Shown piece after piece: positions 8,956 through 17,976 of a stretch of DNA of 64,000 bases (the first letter of the stretch is position 1; every line of letters starts with the position of its first letter). The stretch is from Nitrospirales bacterium (GTDB lineage Bacteria; Nitrospirota; Nitrospiria; Nitrospirales; UBA8639). Under the pieces are notes generated by a model that did not search any database, was not told the origin of the DNA, and saw nothing but the letters and a program-made list of their open reading frames with translations. A program made the position numbers and the translations under genes. The stretch lies in the NCBI GenBank assembly GCA_965247845.1, contig OZ252040.1:95615-159614 (forward strand), in the 5' to 3' direction.

Positions 8956-10575
8956 TTACGTCGGTTGTCGGTCTTTTTGCATCAATAGTAACACGACCGG
9001 AATGGTAATCACCACGATCAGTAAGGCCGGAGGCGCCGCTAATTGATACAGTTCCTCGCTGGCTTCAAGCCAAATTCTGACGGCGAGGGTATCGAATCCC
9101 ACGGGACGCAGCAGGAGTGAAGCCGGCAATTCCTTCATGCATTGGACAAACACTAAGATCCAGGCACTCAGAAACCCACCTCGCACTAACGGCAGGGTCA
9201 CGTGAAAAAAGGTTCGCAGGGATCGAGCCCCAAGGCTTCGCGCCGCTTCTTCGAGATTCGGCGTGAGCTGCTGAAGGGTGGCTTCCATGCCTTGCAGTGC
9301 TGCCGGGAGAAAATGGACCAAATAGGCCAAGAGCAAGACGAGCACCGTACCATACAGTTGTGGAATGGTGTGTGAGACCAAGACTAATACGGCGAGGGCG
9401 GCGACCGGACCTGGAAGCACATAGCCGGTATACGCCCCTTGCACACAAAAAGTACTGGTCCAGGTCTGATGGCGGCACGCTAAATAGGCGAGGGGAATTC
9501 CACAGATCACAGACACCGTGGCCGTGATACTCGAGAGCGAGACACTGTTCCACACGTATCCGATGAATTCATGAGAAATCTCACCGGCAGACGCGGCCTT
9601 AGCGGTCCATTGAATGAGCAGAAGCACCGGCAGGCCGAAGGCCGCTCCGAACACGAGAAGAAGATAGCCTGTAAACAGCAGAGCCGTGAAGGGACGGCAG
9701 GGTTGAGGAACCGGTTTTCGATACCGGCCGGTGGTTTGGTAAAACCGGCTCCGCTGTCGGAACCAACGTTCGCCGAACAGAAAGATAAATGCGCACGCGA
9801 CTAACACCAGACTCAAGCAGGCGGCTGCCGTGTTGTCGAATCGTCCGGTCATTTGCTGGTACACGGCATAGGTAAAAGTTTGAAAGCGCAACAGCGAAAC
9901 TGCGCCAAAATCAGAAGCGACGTAGAGAATCGCCAAGAAAAGTCCGGCGATCAGTGATGGGCGGATGAGCGGAAGCGATACTCGGAAGAACGTCGTCACT
10001 CGATTGGCTCCGGTCGCGCGGGCGACTTCTTCAAAGGAGATATTAAAATTTTTGAGAGCCGATCGAGCCAACAGATACACAAACGGAAACGTGTTCAACG
10101 CAAGAACGAGAACAGCGCCTGCGAAACTAAAAGGTGAAAACAAAAGAGAGTCTGTCCCGGCAATGGTTTGCCATACGTGTTCCAGCGTGCCCCCGCGTTT
10201 TAACAGGTAGGTATAGGTATAGGCCAGAACGTAGGAGGGGATGGACAAGGGCAAAATCAGTAACCAATCCCATATTCGGGACCCGAGAAAGGTATAACGA
10301 GTCAGGATCCAGGCGAGCGAGACTCCCAGGGTCAGATTCACGACCGCGACGCCAAGGGATAAGGAGAGCGTGTTGAAGAGTAATTCCGGGACCCGTGTGG
10401 TCCAGAGTCTTCGCCACACCGCCGGGTCTGCCGTTAGGGCCGAAAAGGCGATGTAGAGCAACGGCAGCATGAGCGCAAGGGCCAGGCAAAAGCCGAGCAG
10501 GACAAGCGGAGAAGGGAAACGAAAACGGAGCGATGACAGTGGGAGAAAAGGGTTAGCGGAGTCCAACGTCTTCAA
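8956..10575 (-). CDS. Iron(III) ABC transporter permease (two-domain, FbpB-like)
   Basis: 539 aa and highly hydrophobic, with duplicated permease loops FEEVARATGANRVTTFFRVSLPL and LEEAARSLGARSLRTFFHVTLPL. Confidence 0.85.
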   Translation of the reverse strand: MKTLDSANPFLPLSSLRFRFPSPLVLLGFCLALALMLPLLYIAFSALTADPAVWRRLWTTRVPELLFNTLSLSLGVAVVNLTLGVSLAWILTRYTFLGSRIWDWLLILPLSIPSYVLAYTYTYLLKRGGTLEHVWQTIAGTDSLLFSPFSFAGAVLVLALNTFPFVYLLARSALKNFNISFEEVARATGANRVTTFFRVSLPLIRPSLIAGLFLAILYVASDFGAVSLLRFQTFTYAVYQQMTGRFDNTAAACLSLVLVACAFIFLFGERWFRQRSRFYQTTGRYRKPVPQPCRPFTALLFTGYLLLVFGAAFGLPVLLLIQWTAKAASAGEISHEFIGYVWNSVSLSSITATVSVICGIPLAYLACRHQTWTSTFCVQGAYTGYVLPGPVAALAVLVLVSHTIPQLYGTVLVLLLAYLVHFLPAALQGMEATLQQLTPNLEEAARSLGARSLRTFFHVTLPLVRGGFLSAWILVFVQCMKELPASLLLRPVGFDTLAVRIWLEASEELYQLAAPPALLIVVITIPVVLLLMQKDRQPT

Positions 10576-11593
10576 TGACAGTCATCGTGGGATCGCGGAG
10601 TTGAGCTAAATGGCTTAAAGGAACACTGGCCACCTGAAAACTCTGAAGCGGCAGCAGTTCAGGCGCAGCCGTCACATGAGGATTCAGGGGATATTCTTTG
10701 TTCACATTCGCGAACATGCGTTGTCCTTTGGGAGAGATAAGAAATCGGATCAAGGCCTGAGCCTGCGCAAGGCGTTTGGTGTGCGCGGTGATGCCGATTC
10801 CTGCGGCATTGAGAATAATGCCCATGCCCTGATTCCCTTGATCGGTCAACAGCGGGGCAATCGGCGCATCGGGGTGTTGGTCCAGATGGCGGTTAATATA
10901 GTAATGATTGACCAGACCAACGGCTACTTCCCCGCGTGCCACGGCTGCCACAATTTGCCGATTTTTTCCATAGACAAATGACCCGGCATTGTCCTTTAAG
11001 CCTTGGAGGAACGTCGTGGTCACCTCATCTCCCTTCACCGCACGAATAACCGATACGCCGGTCTGCAAATAGACGCTGCCTGCGCTGGGGATCGCGATTT
11101 TGCCTTTCCATTTCGGGTCGGCGAGATCCAGAATAGAGGAGAGATCGCCGGGGTGGACCATGGTGGTGTTATAGACGATCACCCAAATTCGACCTGATAA
11201 GCCAATCCAACTATTGTCCGGTGCCCGGAATCGGCTGGGAATGCTTTCCTCAAGGTCAGGAATGGTACTGGTTTGGAGCAGCTGTAATTCACGCGCGCGT
11301 TCCAAGGTTCCGGCGTCATTGGTAATGAGCACGTCGGCCGGAGTTCGAGCCCCTTCCATCCGAAGCCGGTTGATCAACGCCGTGCTGTCCGCAGTCAGCA
11401 TTTGAATGCTGATGCCCGATTCGGCTTGAAACGCATCGAGTACCGGTTGAATGAGCCGTTCGGCTCGGCCGGAGTAGACCACCAGCGTGTCCCCGGCATA
11501 GCCCAAGGACGGGAGGGCCAGGGCTGCCACAAAGAACAAACAGACTATTCGAATGAGGATGATGAGACGATTGTGACGAATCCGTTGTCTCAA
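10553..11593 (-). CDS. Fe(III) ABC transporter substrate-binding protein
   Basis: Signal peptide RLIILIRIVCLFFVAALALPSLGYA followed by a solute-binding fold. Start taken as TTG 11593, overlapping the fur stop (TTGA). The ORF track's alternative GTG start is at 11644. Confidence 0.8.
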   Translation of the reverse strand: MRQRIRHNRLIILIRIVCLFFVAALALPSLGYAGDTLVVYSGRAERLIQPVLDAFQAESGISIQMLTADSTALINRLRMEGARTPADVLITNDAGTLERARELQLLQTSTIPDLEESIPSRFRAPDNSWIGLSGRIWVIVYNTTMVHPGDLSSILDLADPKWKGKIAIPSAGSVYLQTGVSVIRAVKGDEVTTTFLQGLKDNAGSFVYGKNRQIVAAVARGEVAVGLVNHYYINRHLDQHPDAPIAPLLTDQGNQGMGIILNAAGIGITAHTKRLAQAQALIRFLISPKGQRMFANVNKEYPLNPHVTAAPELLPLQSFQVASVPLSHLAQLRDPTMTVIEDVGLR

Positions 11594-12078
11594 CGTCGTT
11601 CTATCCTTGCCTTGGCGATCAAGTCTCGCCCGCAATTTTTGCACTCACCATTTGGCAACTGCATGGGAGCACCATACAGCTCTAATTTATGGGTGCGAAT
11701 CGTAAAACCGTTCCTTCTCGCGACTTCTTCTTGCAACTCTTCAATTTGACAATTCTCGAATTCTATAATTTTATCACACACCGTGCAGATGAGATGATCA
11801 TGATGCCCTTTGTGAGCCACATTGTCGAACTGGGTCTGATTGCCGAAATGTTGCTCTTGTGCGAGGCCGGTCTCGCACAGGAGTTTAAGCGTGCGGTAGA
11901 CCGTGGCAAGGCCCATATGGGGATCCTTCTTGGAGAGCAGCCGGTACATCTGTTCGGCCGTCACGTGTTCCATTTTCAAAAAGGTCGTGAGAATGTTTTC
12001 GCGTTGGCGGGTCAGTTTCAGGCTGTTTCTAGAAAGGTGTTGCTTGAGAATCTCAAGTTCTTTGGTGGGCTTTGTCAT
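11590..12078 (-). CDS. fur: Fur family transcriptional regulator
   Basis: Motifs HHDHLICTVCDKIIEF and a C-terminal CKNC. Start placed at ATG 12078 (MTKPTKELEILKQHL). Confidence 0.85.
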   Translation of the reverse strand: MTKPTKELEILKQHLSRNSLKLTRQRENILTTFLKMEHVTAEQMYRLLSKKDPHMGLATVYRTLKLLCETGLAQEQHFGNQTQFDNVAHKGHHDHLICTVCDKIIEFENCQIEELQEEVARRNGFTIRTHKLELYGAPMQLPNGECKNCGRDLIAKARIERR

Positions 12079-12278
12079 AACAATGAATTCCCATGTGTAT
12101 GAAAAATCTATTAAACCTAAATGTGGCCGAAGGGTCAAGCGGGAATCATGGGCCGACTATGAAATGCCCAAAGCCCATCGCGATAGAAGTGAAGGCTCTA
12201 TTGTCACCGGGATTACCCCTCGCGTTGACGATTCTTCTTGTGACTCGTTAGGATCACCTTCTTGTTGCATCACTCATT

Positions 12279-12848
12279 ATGCGAAAACCGCAGGAAATCA
12301 CGATTGATCGAACATTGCTGGTCTATGGGCTGCACCTAGCCCAGGAAAAAGAATGTTCCATGGGCAGCGATGTCAAGGTGCAACAGCTGGTCTTTCTGGC
12401 TGAGTTGCAAATGCTTGGAAAAGGGGTACGCGGATTGCATTATGAATTTATGCGGTTTCCCTATGGGGCATTCAGTAAAGATCTCGATAATGATTTGTTG
12501 GCACTGCGCAAGAAAGAACGGTTGCAGAATTTTGATGTCGTTGGGTCGGCGGAAGAGTGTATCCCGTTATTAGATGAAGAGATGGCTTCAGGAGGCGAGG
12601 CTAATGAACAGATCATGGAAATCTTGCAAGCAATCGTGGAGACCTATGGGCCTCAAGAGTTGAGTGAGATCACGAAATCCGTGGAAGACGTTGAAATCAG
12701 CGTGATCGATCGACCCGAAGAAAAATTGTGCGTTCGTGATATTCCGTTTCATTCTATCGTGCTGGTCCCCTCCCGCATCGAAGTCACCGGAGAATTTTCT
12801 GTTCCTCCCAAAACCTTGTCTCTCCTGAATAAGGCGCTTGGCTCATAG
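12279..12848 (+). CDS. Hypothetical protein, possibly DUF4065/Panacea (SocA-like) domain
   Basis: VKVQQLVFLAELQMLGKGVRGLHYEFMRFPYGAFSKDL resembles the KLQKLLY...YGP core of DUF4065. The assignment is tentative. Confidence 0.35.
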   Translation: MRKPQEITIDRTLLVYGLHLAQEKECSMGSDVKVQQLVFLAELQMLGKGVRGLHYEFMRFPYGAFSKDLDNDLLALRKKERLQNFDVVGSAEECIPLLDEEMASGGEANEQIMEILQAIVETYGPQELSEITKSVEDVEISVIDRPEEKLCVRDIPFHSIVLVPSRIEVTGEFSVPPKTLSLLNKALGS

Positions 12849-12857
12849 CAGGCTCCC

Positions 12858-12997
12858 GTCATTCCCGCCGTCTGTTAGCGGAAATCCATTTTGCTGCACA
12901 ACGCGCCCAGTCTGTCATCCTGAGCCGTAGGCGAAGGATCTCGTAGTTGAGGCGTTTGGTTGTTGAGCGAGAGATTCTTCGCTTTGCTCAGAATGAC
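12858..12997. repeat. Cluster of short hairpin repeats (families R1 and R2)
   Basis: R1 is GTCATTCCCGCCGTCTGTTAGCGGAAATCC (12858-12887). R2 is GTCATCCTGAGCCGTAGGCGAAGGATCT (12914-12941) with an inverted partner GAGATTCTTCGCTTTGCTCAGAATGAC (12971-12997). Confidence 0.75.
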
Positions 12998-13033
12998 AAC
13001 TTAGTAGATCCTCGCTAACACCTGCGGGGATGC

Positions 13034-13072
13034 CAATAAAAGCGGAGTTGGGCCATGTTGACCCAACTCCGC
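13034..13072 (-). terminator. Rho-independent terminator downstream of comEA
   Basis: 11-bp stem GCGGAGTTGGG/CCCAACTCCGC, followed on the minus strand by TTTTATT. Confidence 0.7.
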
Positions 13073-13112
13073 AGGCTCCCAGCGCCGCAGGCTCGATAAA
13101 CAATCGCACCGG

Positions 13113-13442
13113 TTACTGTGATGTAGGTACTGGGGCAGAGCTCCCAATCATGAGGCGTTCCTTCATCTTCGCGAACGTTTTCTTACCAATGCCCTTGACC
13201 TTCACTAATTCCTCCACGCTCTTGAACGGCCCTTTGGTGGTTCGGTATTCGACAATCCGCTTAGCCAACTCTTTGCCGATTCCCGGCAATTGTTGAAGCT
13301 GCTTGCTGGTGGTGGCATTCAGATCCACCTTGCCCTCGCTCGCGAAGGTCATTCCGGAAAAGCCGGAAAAGCTGATGATGAGCATGAGCGCAAGCATGTT
13401 GAGTGTGAAGTAGGACCGACTCAGTTGGTGAATGTGTCTCAT
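13113..13442 (-). CDS. comEA: ComEA family helix-hairpin-helix DNA-binding protein
   Basis: Start at ATG 13442 (AGGAGG upstream). Signal/anchor sequence, then LNATTSKQLQQLPGIGKELAKRIVEYR...VKGIGKKTFAKMKERL. Confidence 0.8.
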   Translation of the reverse strand: MRHIHQLSRSYFTLNMLALMLIISFSGFSGMTFASEGKVDLNATTSKQLQQLPGIGKELAKRIVEYRTTKGPFKSVEELVKVKGIGKKTFAKMKERLMIGSSAPVPTSQ

Positions 13443-13616
13443 GGTTATTCCTCCTTTGAAAGATGTGAACGGAAAAAGTAGCGCCAATGATTTTTCTATC
13501 AGCAAAGAGCATGCCCAAAAGACGAGAAAACGAGTTATTCGGAAAAGCATTTGATTGATAAGGGGTTTTTGTTTATTCCATTCCGGAGGGTCGGTAAGGC
13601 GTGGTTCTGAGAAACA

Positions 13617-13650
13617 CAACAAACTGTCTACCCGGGTAGACAGTTTTGTA
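13617..13650 (-). terminator. Terminator hairpin after the carboxypeptidase gene
   Basis: Perfect 22-nt palindrome ACTGTCTACCCGGGTAGACAGT flanked by A- and T-runs. Confidence 0.65.
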
Positions 13651-13724
13651 TCTTTACAATCGGGCGAGGGAAGTCTTTGTGAATGGGGCCGGCAAACCAA
13701 GTTCAGGACACGATGCCATAGTGG

Positions 13725-15269
13725 TCATCGAGTGATGGTGAAGCCGTAAATTTCCCCGATTTTGGTCTGGAGGTATGCCAAGAACGGCTCCACGCTTAGC
13801 GAGTGTCCGGTGATTCGGTGCAGGAGGTCGGTGGATGAATACTGCCGTCCACACTGATGGATATGGTTGTTAAGCCAGGCTTTGAGTGAAAGCAGGTGCC
13901 CCTGTTGGATTTCGGTTTCCAGTGCAGGGATGTCTTGACGGGCCTGCTGAAAAAACATCGAGGCATAGAGGTTGCCCAGGGTATACGTGGGGAAGTAGCC
14001 CACGGCTCCAAGGGACCAATGGACATCTTGCAGCACACCCTCGGCATCGCGTTCGGGAGTAATCCCAAGATATTCCTGCATTTTCTCCCGCCACAGATCG
14101 GGCAGGTCTTCGACCTTGACCCGTTGTTCAATCAAGGCCAACTCTATTTCAAAACGCACCATAATGTGCAGATTGTACGTGACTTCGTCCGCCTCCACCC
14201 GAATCAGAGAGGGTTTCACCGTATTCAAGGCGGCATAAAAGGTGTCCAAGGACACCGCCCCCAATTGTGACGGAAAGTGTTGTTGCAGTAGGGGGAAAAA
14301 ATGTGTCCAAAAGGCTTTGGACCGCCCCACGTTGTTCTCCCATAGCCGTGATTGGCTTTCATGCATGCCGAGAGAAAGCGGTTCGCCCAAGGGGGTGCCG
14401 TACTGCTCTTGGGGCAGGCCTTGAGCATAGAGACCGTGTCCTCCCTCATGGATGCAACTAAACAGGCAGGAGGGGAGATCCTTTTCAAAGACGCGCGTCG
14501 TCACGCGTACATCAGTGGGGTGAAAAGAGGTGGTAAAGGGATGGGCCGAGAGATCCAACCGTCCTCTATTGAAGTCATACCCCATGCTGTGGAGCACCAG
14601 CTTTCCAAACTCGACTTGCTGTGTTTCATCGTAGGCTTGAGACAGTATCCGATCATCCGGCGGCGAAGAGGCTTCTTGAATATGTTTCAAAAGCTCAATT
14701 AATCCGTGACGAAGAGTGGCGAACAGCGGCTGGAGTTGGGCCACAGTGGCTCCAGGCTCGTAGGTGTCCAAGAGCGCATCGTAGGGGGAATCGTCGTAGC
14801 CTATGTAGTCGATCTCTTCAAATTTCAAGGCGACGACCGTCCGAAGGTTGGGAAGAAAGTGCATGAAGTCGTCGCGTCGGCGCGCCTCGGCCCATACTTG
14901 CTGGGCCAGGGAACATTCACGCTCCAAGCGATTCACAAAATCGGAGGGGAGCTTTTTGGCTCTACTGAAGTCCCGCCAGGTTTCCCGAAGCAGGGCCTTG
15001 GATGCGTCATCGAGTCCTGCGGCTTCGGTGTTGGCCAAACCGGTTGTTGGATCAATATGGTGCAATAAGAGGTCTTCAATCTCGGGGGCCACAAACTTGG
15101 CGTGGGCCAGGGTCTGAAGCGTGGCAAGTTGCTCGGCACGGGTGTGACCTCCGCCGGCCGGCATATAGGTTTCTTGATCCCAAGACAGCAGGGCTGCGGC
15201 ATCCTTGAGGTGTTGTATCTCCAGGAGCTTGGATTTTAAGGTAGTCAGCGCTTGCGTGGGATTTGGCAT
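13725..15269 (-). CDS. Carboxypeptidase M32 (Taq-type metallocarboxypeptidase)
   Basis: M32 signature blocks AHPFTTSF, DVRVTTR, IHEGGHGLY, HESQSRLWEN, IRVEADEVTYNLH, LQDVHWS. Confidence 0.9.
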   Translation of the reverse strand: MPNPTQALTTLKSKLLEIQHLKDAAALLSWDQETYMPAGGGHTRAEQLATLQTLAHAKFVAPEIEDLLLHHIDPTTGLANTEAAGLDDASKALLRETWRDFSRAKKLPSDFVNRLERECSLAQQVWAEARRRDDFMHFLPNLRTVVALKFEEIDYIGYDDSPYDALLDTYEPGATVAQLQPLFATLRHGLIELLKHIQEASSPPDDRILSQAYDETQQVEFGKLVLHSMGYDFNRGRLDLSAHPFTTSFHPTDVRVTTRVFEKDLPSCLFSCIHEGGHGLYAQGLPQEQYGTPLGEPLSLGMHESQSRLWENNVGRSKAFWTHFFPLLQQHFPSQLGAVSLDTFYAALNTVKPSLIRVEADEVTYNLHIMVRFEIELALIEQRVKVEDLPDLWREKMQEYLGITPERDAEGVLQDVHWSLGAVGYFPTYTLGNLYASMFFQQARQDIPALETEIQQGHLLSLKAWLNNHIHQCGRQYSSTDLLHRITGHSLSVEPFLAYLQTKIGEIYGFTITR

Positions 15270-15456
15270 AAGACGTGACTCTCGTTATTCAACGCCGGAT
15301 CATCTCCGATAATGTTCCCGATAGGTGATGCCGAAGGGGACTGTACAAAGCGCCACGTTTGAATGCAAGGTGGTGTGTGAAAATGCCGAGGGTCACAGGG
15401 AAGACCTGATTCGGCTCTATCCCTTCATAACAGAAAACCCGAGAAAGGAGAGACAT

Positions 15457-16113
15457 ATGCAGGATTTAGTCGCCCCCGACATTGAAGCCTATGCAGAGGC
15501 GCATTCGATGCCGGAATCCGATGTCTGTCGTCGGCTTCGAGAGGAAACCTATCGTTCCGTAGAGCTTCCGCAGATGGTGGTCGGTCCGTTGGAAGGAGCG
15601 TTTTTGAAAATGATGGCGAAGTTGGTAGAGGCCAGGCGGGTGCTGGAAATCGGTACCTTTACCGGGTATAGCGCGCTCTGTTTTGCCGAGGCGCTGCCCG
15701 AGGATGGAACCGTGATCACTTGCGATATCTGGGCTGAAGCCACTGAGTTGGCCAAACAGTATTGGGCCCAAAGTCCTGTCGGTGGAAAGATTGAGTCACG
15801 GCTGGGGCCGGCCCTTGAGACGATGCAAACGTTCGAAGGTGCGTTCGATCTGATTTTTATCGATGCGGATAAAACCAACTATGTGAATTATTATCAACGC
15901 GGGTTGGAATTGTTATCTCCCAAAGGCGTCATGCTCATTGATAATGTGCTCTGGAGTGGGGAGGTGCTCAGGCACCCGGCACCGGATGGGGCCACTGCGG
16001 CGCTTCAAGACTTGAATCGGATCGTGGCCGCCGATCCCCGCGTGACGGCAGTGTTGGTGACCATCAGGGATGGCGTATTGGTCCTCCGATTCAGCAATGA
16101 GAGCTTGCAATAA
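15457..16113 (+). CDS. Class I SAM-dependent O-methyltransferase (caffeoyl-CoA OMT-like family)
   Basis: Start at ATG 15457 (GGAG upstream). SAM motif VLEIGTFTGYSALCFAEAL, then FIDADKTNY. Confidence 0.8.
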   Translation: MQDLVAPDIEAYAEAHSMPESDVCRRLREETYRSVELPQMVVGPLEGAFLKMMAKLVEARRVLEIGTFTGYSALCFAEALPEDGTVITCDIWAEATELAKQYWAQSPVGGKIESRLGPALETMQTFEGAFDLIFIDADKTNYVNYYQRGLELLSPKGVMLIDNVLWSGEVLRHPAPDGATAALQDLNRIVAADPRVTAVLVTIRDGVLVLRFSNESLQ

Positions 16114-16741
16114 ACCGCAATGGATGACCTCTCTGCCATTCGTCTACGTACCCGCCCTCAAGGGTCTTTCCCACCCTAGATTTTGTGGTGTACACCATGT
16201 AGCCACTATGCCTAAAAGATAGGCAAATTGGTAAAAAATGCCTTCTGCCCTTTGCATTTTTTTGTAGTACAAAACTAATCCACAATGTTGTCCCCATTTT
16301 TTGTGGATGAATAGATTCACCTTGCATGTTTCAAATAAAAACAATGAGTTATGATGATTGATTTACGTAATTCACAATAAGTACCTGTGAACAGCTAGTG
16401 GATTACTGCACAGGTTTGGGAATAACCGGCAGCGTGAGGCGAGAAGATTTTTTTTGATGACGATAGCGGCTGCTTGTGGACGGAAGACCAGGTAACAATA
16501 GAAAAATGATCCTGATCAACTCCAGCCAAGGCTAGGTGAATTGTGAGTATGAAACAATTGATTCACGAATAGGGAGCACAAAGTGGAATGAAGTCGGGTC
16601 TGCGTGTATCCCCCTATTCTGGTCGGGATAACGGTCCTTCAACGACTCCGGAGACGTACGTATGACTCCCCGTTGTAGAACCCGTTCGACTTCTTTGAGG
16701 GATAGTTTCCCCTAAGCGAGCGATTCCGACTCAGCGGACTG

Positions 16742-16990
16742 CTATTCGATATGGAGTGCAGGCAAATGACACTCACCCGAGAGGCTGGGAAGTTGGCAGT
16801 CTAACAATTTTCGGAGTTCGAACTCGGCACCCTCCCGAAACCGTTCGGCCTCGTGCTCATCCGGGAAGGGACCATAGACTCGTGGTTCGAGAAAGTTGCA
16901 GGCTACGCGAACAAACCATCGTGCTTGTCCCCTGTACCGGTGTTTCTTAAAAATCGCGACTTCTTGCTCAATGGTGCCTTGACTTGCCAT
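16742..16990 (-). CDS. Hypothetical 82-aa protein
   Basis: Strong RBS (AGGAGG 6 nt upstream of ATG 16990). No family recognised. Confidence 0.45.
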   Translation of the reverse strand: MASQGTIEQEVAIFKKHRYRGQARWFVRVACNFLEPRVYGPFPDEHEAERFREGAEFELRKLLDCQLPSLSGECHLPALHIE

Positions 16991-17140
16991 AACGTGCCTC
17001 CTTTCGTGTGGAAACAGCTATGTTCCTCTCTGCCTTATGAGTGAACCATCGAACCTGAGAGCATCGTCTTTCTGATGCTGAAATGGCTTCCTGTTATGGG
17101 GCCATCTAAGAAAATTGTCACAAGTTCGTTTCCATTTGTA

Positions 17141-17163
17141 TATTCTATATACTGTATAGAATA
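17141..17163. promoter_or_regulatory. Palindrome TATTCTATA-TACTG-TATAGAATA in an AT-rich spacer
   Basis: Perfect 9-bp arms, 151 nt upstream of the 82-aa gene. Shares the half-site with 3431-3446. Confidence 0.4.
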
Positions 17164-17381
17164 AAAATATTCCCACAATATATTGATATATTTTATTTTT
17201 TTCAAGAGTTTTTATTAGATTTTCGCATGAGGACGGGGGAAGCTCCTTGCGGTTCAGTCAAAGGTCAGACATGGGCCGATTCGGATATGGGCCTGACAAG
17301 TCCGGGCAATGAATCCTGATCCCGTTGGGAGTCAAGGCCAGGTGAGGGTCACAAGGGATGGTATGGGCAATAAAGAACAGG

Positions 17382-17972
17382 CTAGCGAAGCGCTCGGTAT
17401 CGAAAGCAATCGGTCGTATGGTCATTGACCATGCCAGTGGCTTGCATGAATGCATAGCAAATGATCGAGCCGACGAATTTGAATCCCCGACGTTTCAGGT
17501 CCCGACTCATGGCATCGGAGGCCGGTGTGTGACAGGGAACGTCTTTCGGAGATTTCCAGCGATTCTGGATCGGTCGTCCTTTGACGAATTGCCAAATATA
17601 CTGATCAAAGCTTCCGATTTCCTTTTGGACGCTAAGAAAGGCATGTGCATTTGAAACGGCTGCTTGAATTTTGAGCCGATTCCGAATAATGCCGGGATTG
17701 TTCAACAGCCGTTGCATTTTTTGTGCGTCGTACCTGGCTATTGAAGCTGCGTCAAAGTGATCAAAGGCCGTTCGGAACGCCTCACGTTTTTGCAAAATCG
17801 TGTTCCAACTTAACCCGGCTTGCGCGCCCTCAAGTATGAGAAATTCAAATAACTGCCGATCGTCGTGCAAGGGGACGCCCCATTCATGATCATGGTACTG
17901 AATCAGGAGCGTGTTGGTCGCCCAGGAACATCGTGTGGGTAGGGGGTGGTTCCTCACAGACGTTTTCAACAT
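17382..17972 (-). CDS. tag: DNA-3-methyladenine glycosylase I
   Basis: YHDHEWGVPLHDDRQLFEFLILEGAQAGLSW and C-terminal zinc-site residues typical of Tag. Confidence 0.9.
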   Translation of the reverse strand: MLKTSVRNHPLPTRCSWATNTLLIQYHDHEWGVPLHDDRQLFEFLILEGAQAGLSWNTILQKREAFRTAFDHFDAASIARYDAQKMQRLLNNPGIIRNRLKIQAAVSNAHAFLSVQKEIGSFDQYIWQFVKGRPIQNRWKSPKDVPCHTPASDAMSRDLKRRGFKFVGSIICYAFMQATGMVNDHTTDCFRYRALR

Positions 17973-17976
17973 CCGT

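Noticed and set aside
17150-17163. LexA/SOS box (TACTGTATAG...)
   Set aside because: It contains the CTGT half-site but no matching ACAG half-site at the proper spacing. It is better explained as the loop and arm of the 17141-17163 palindrome.
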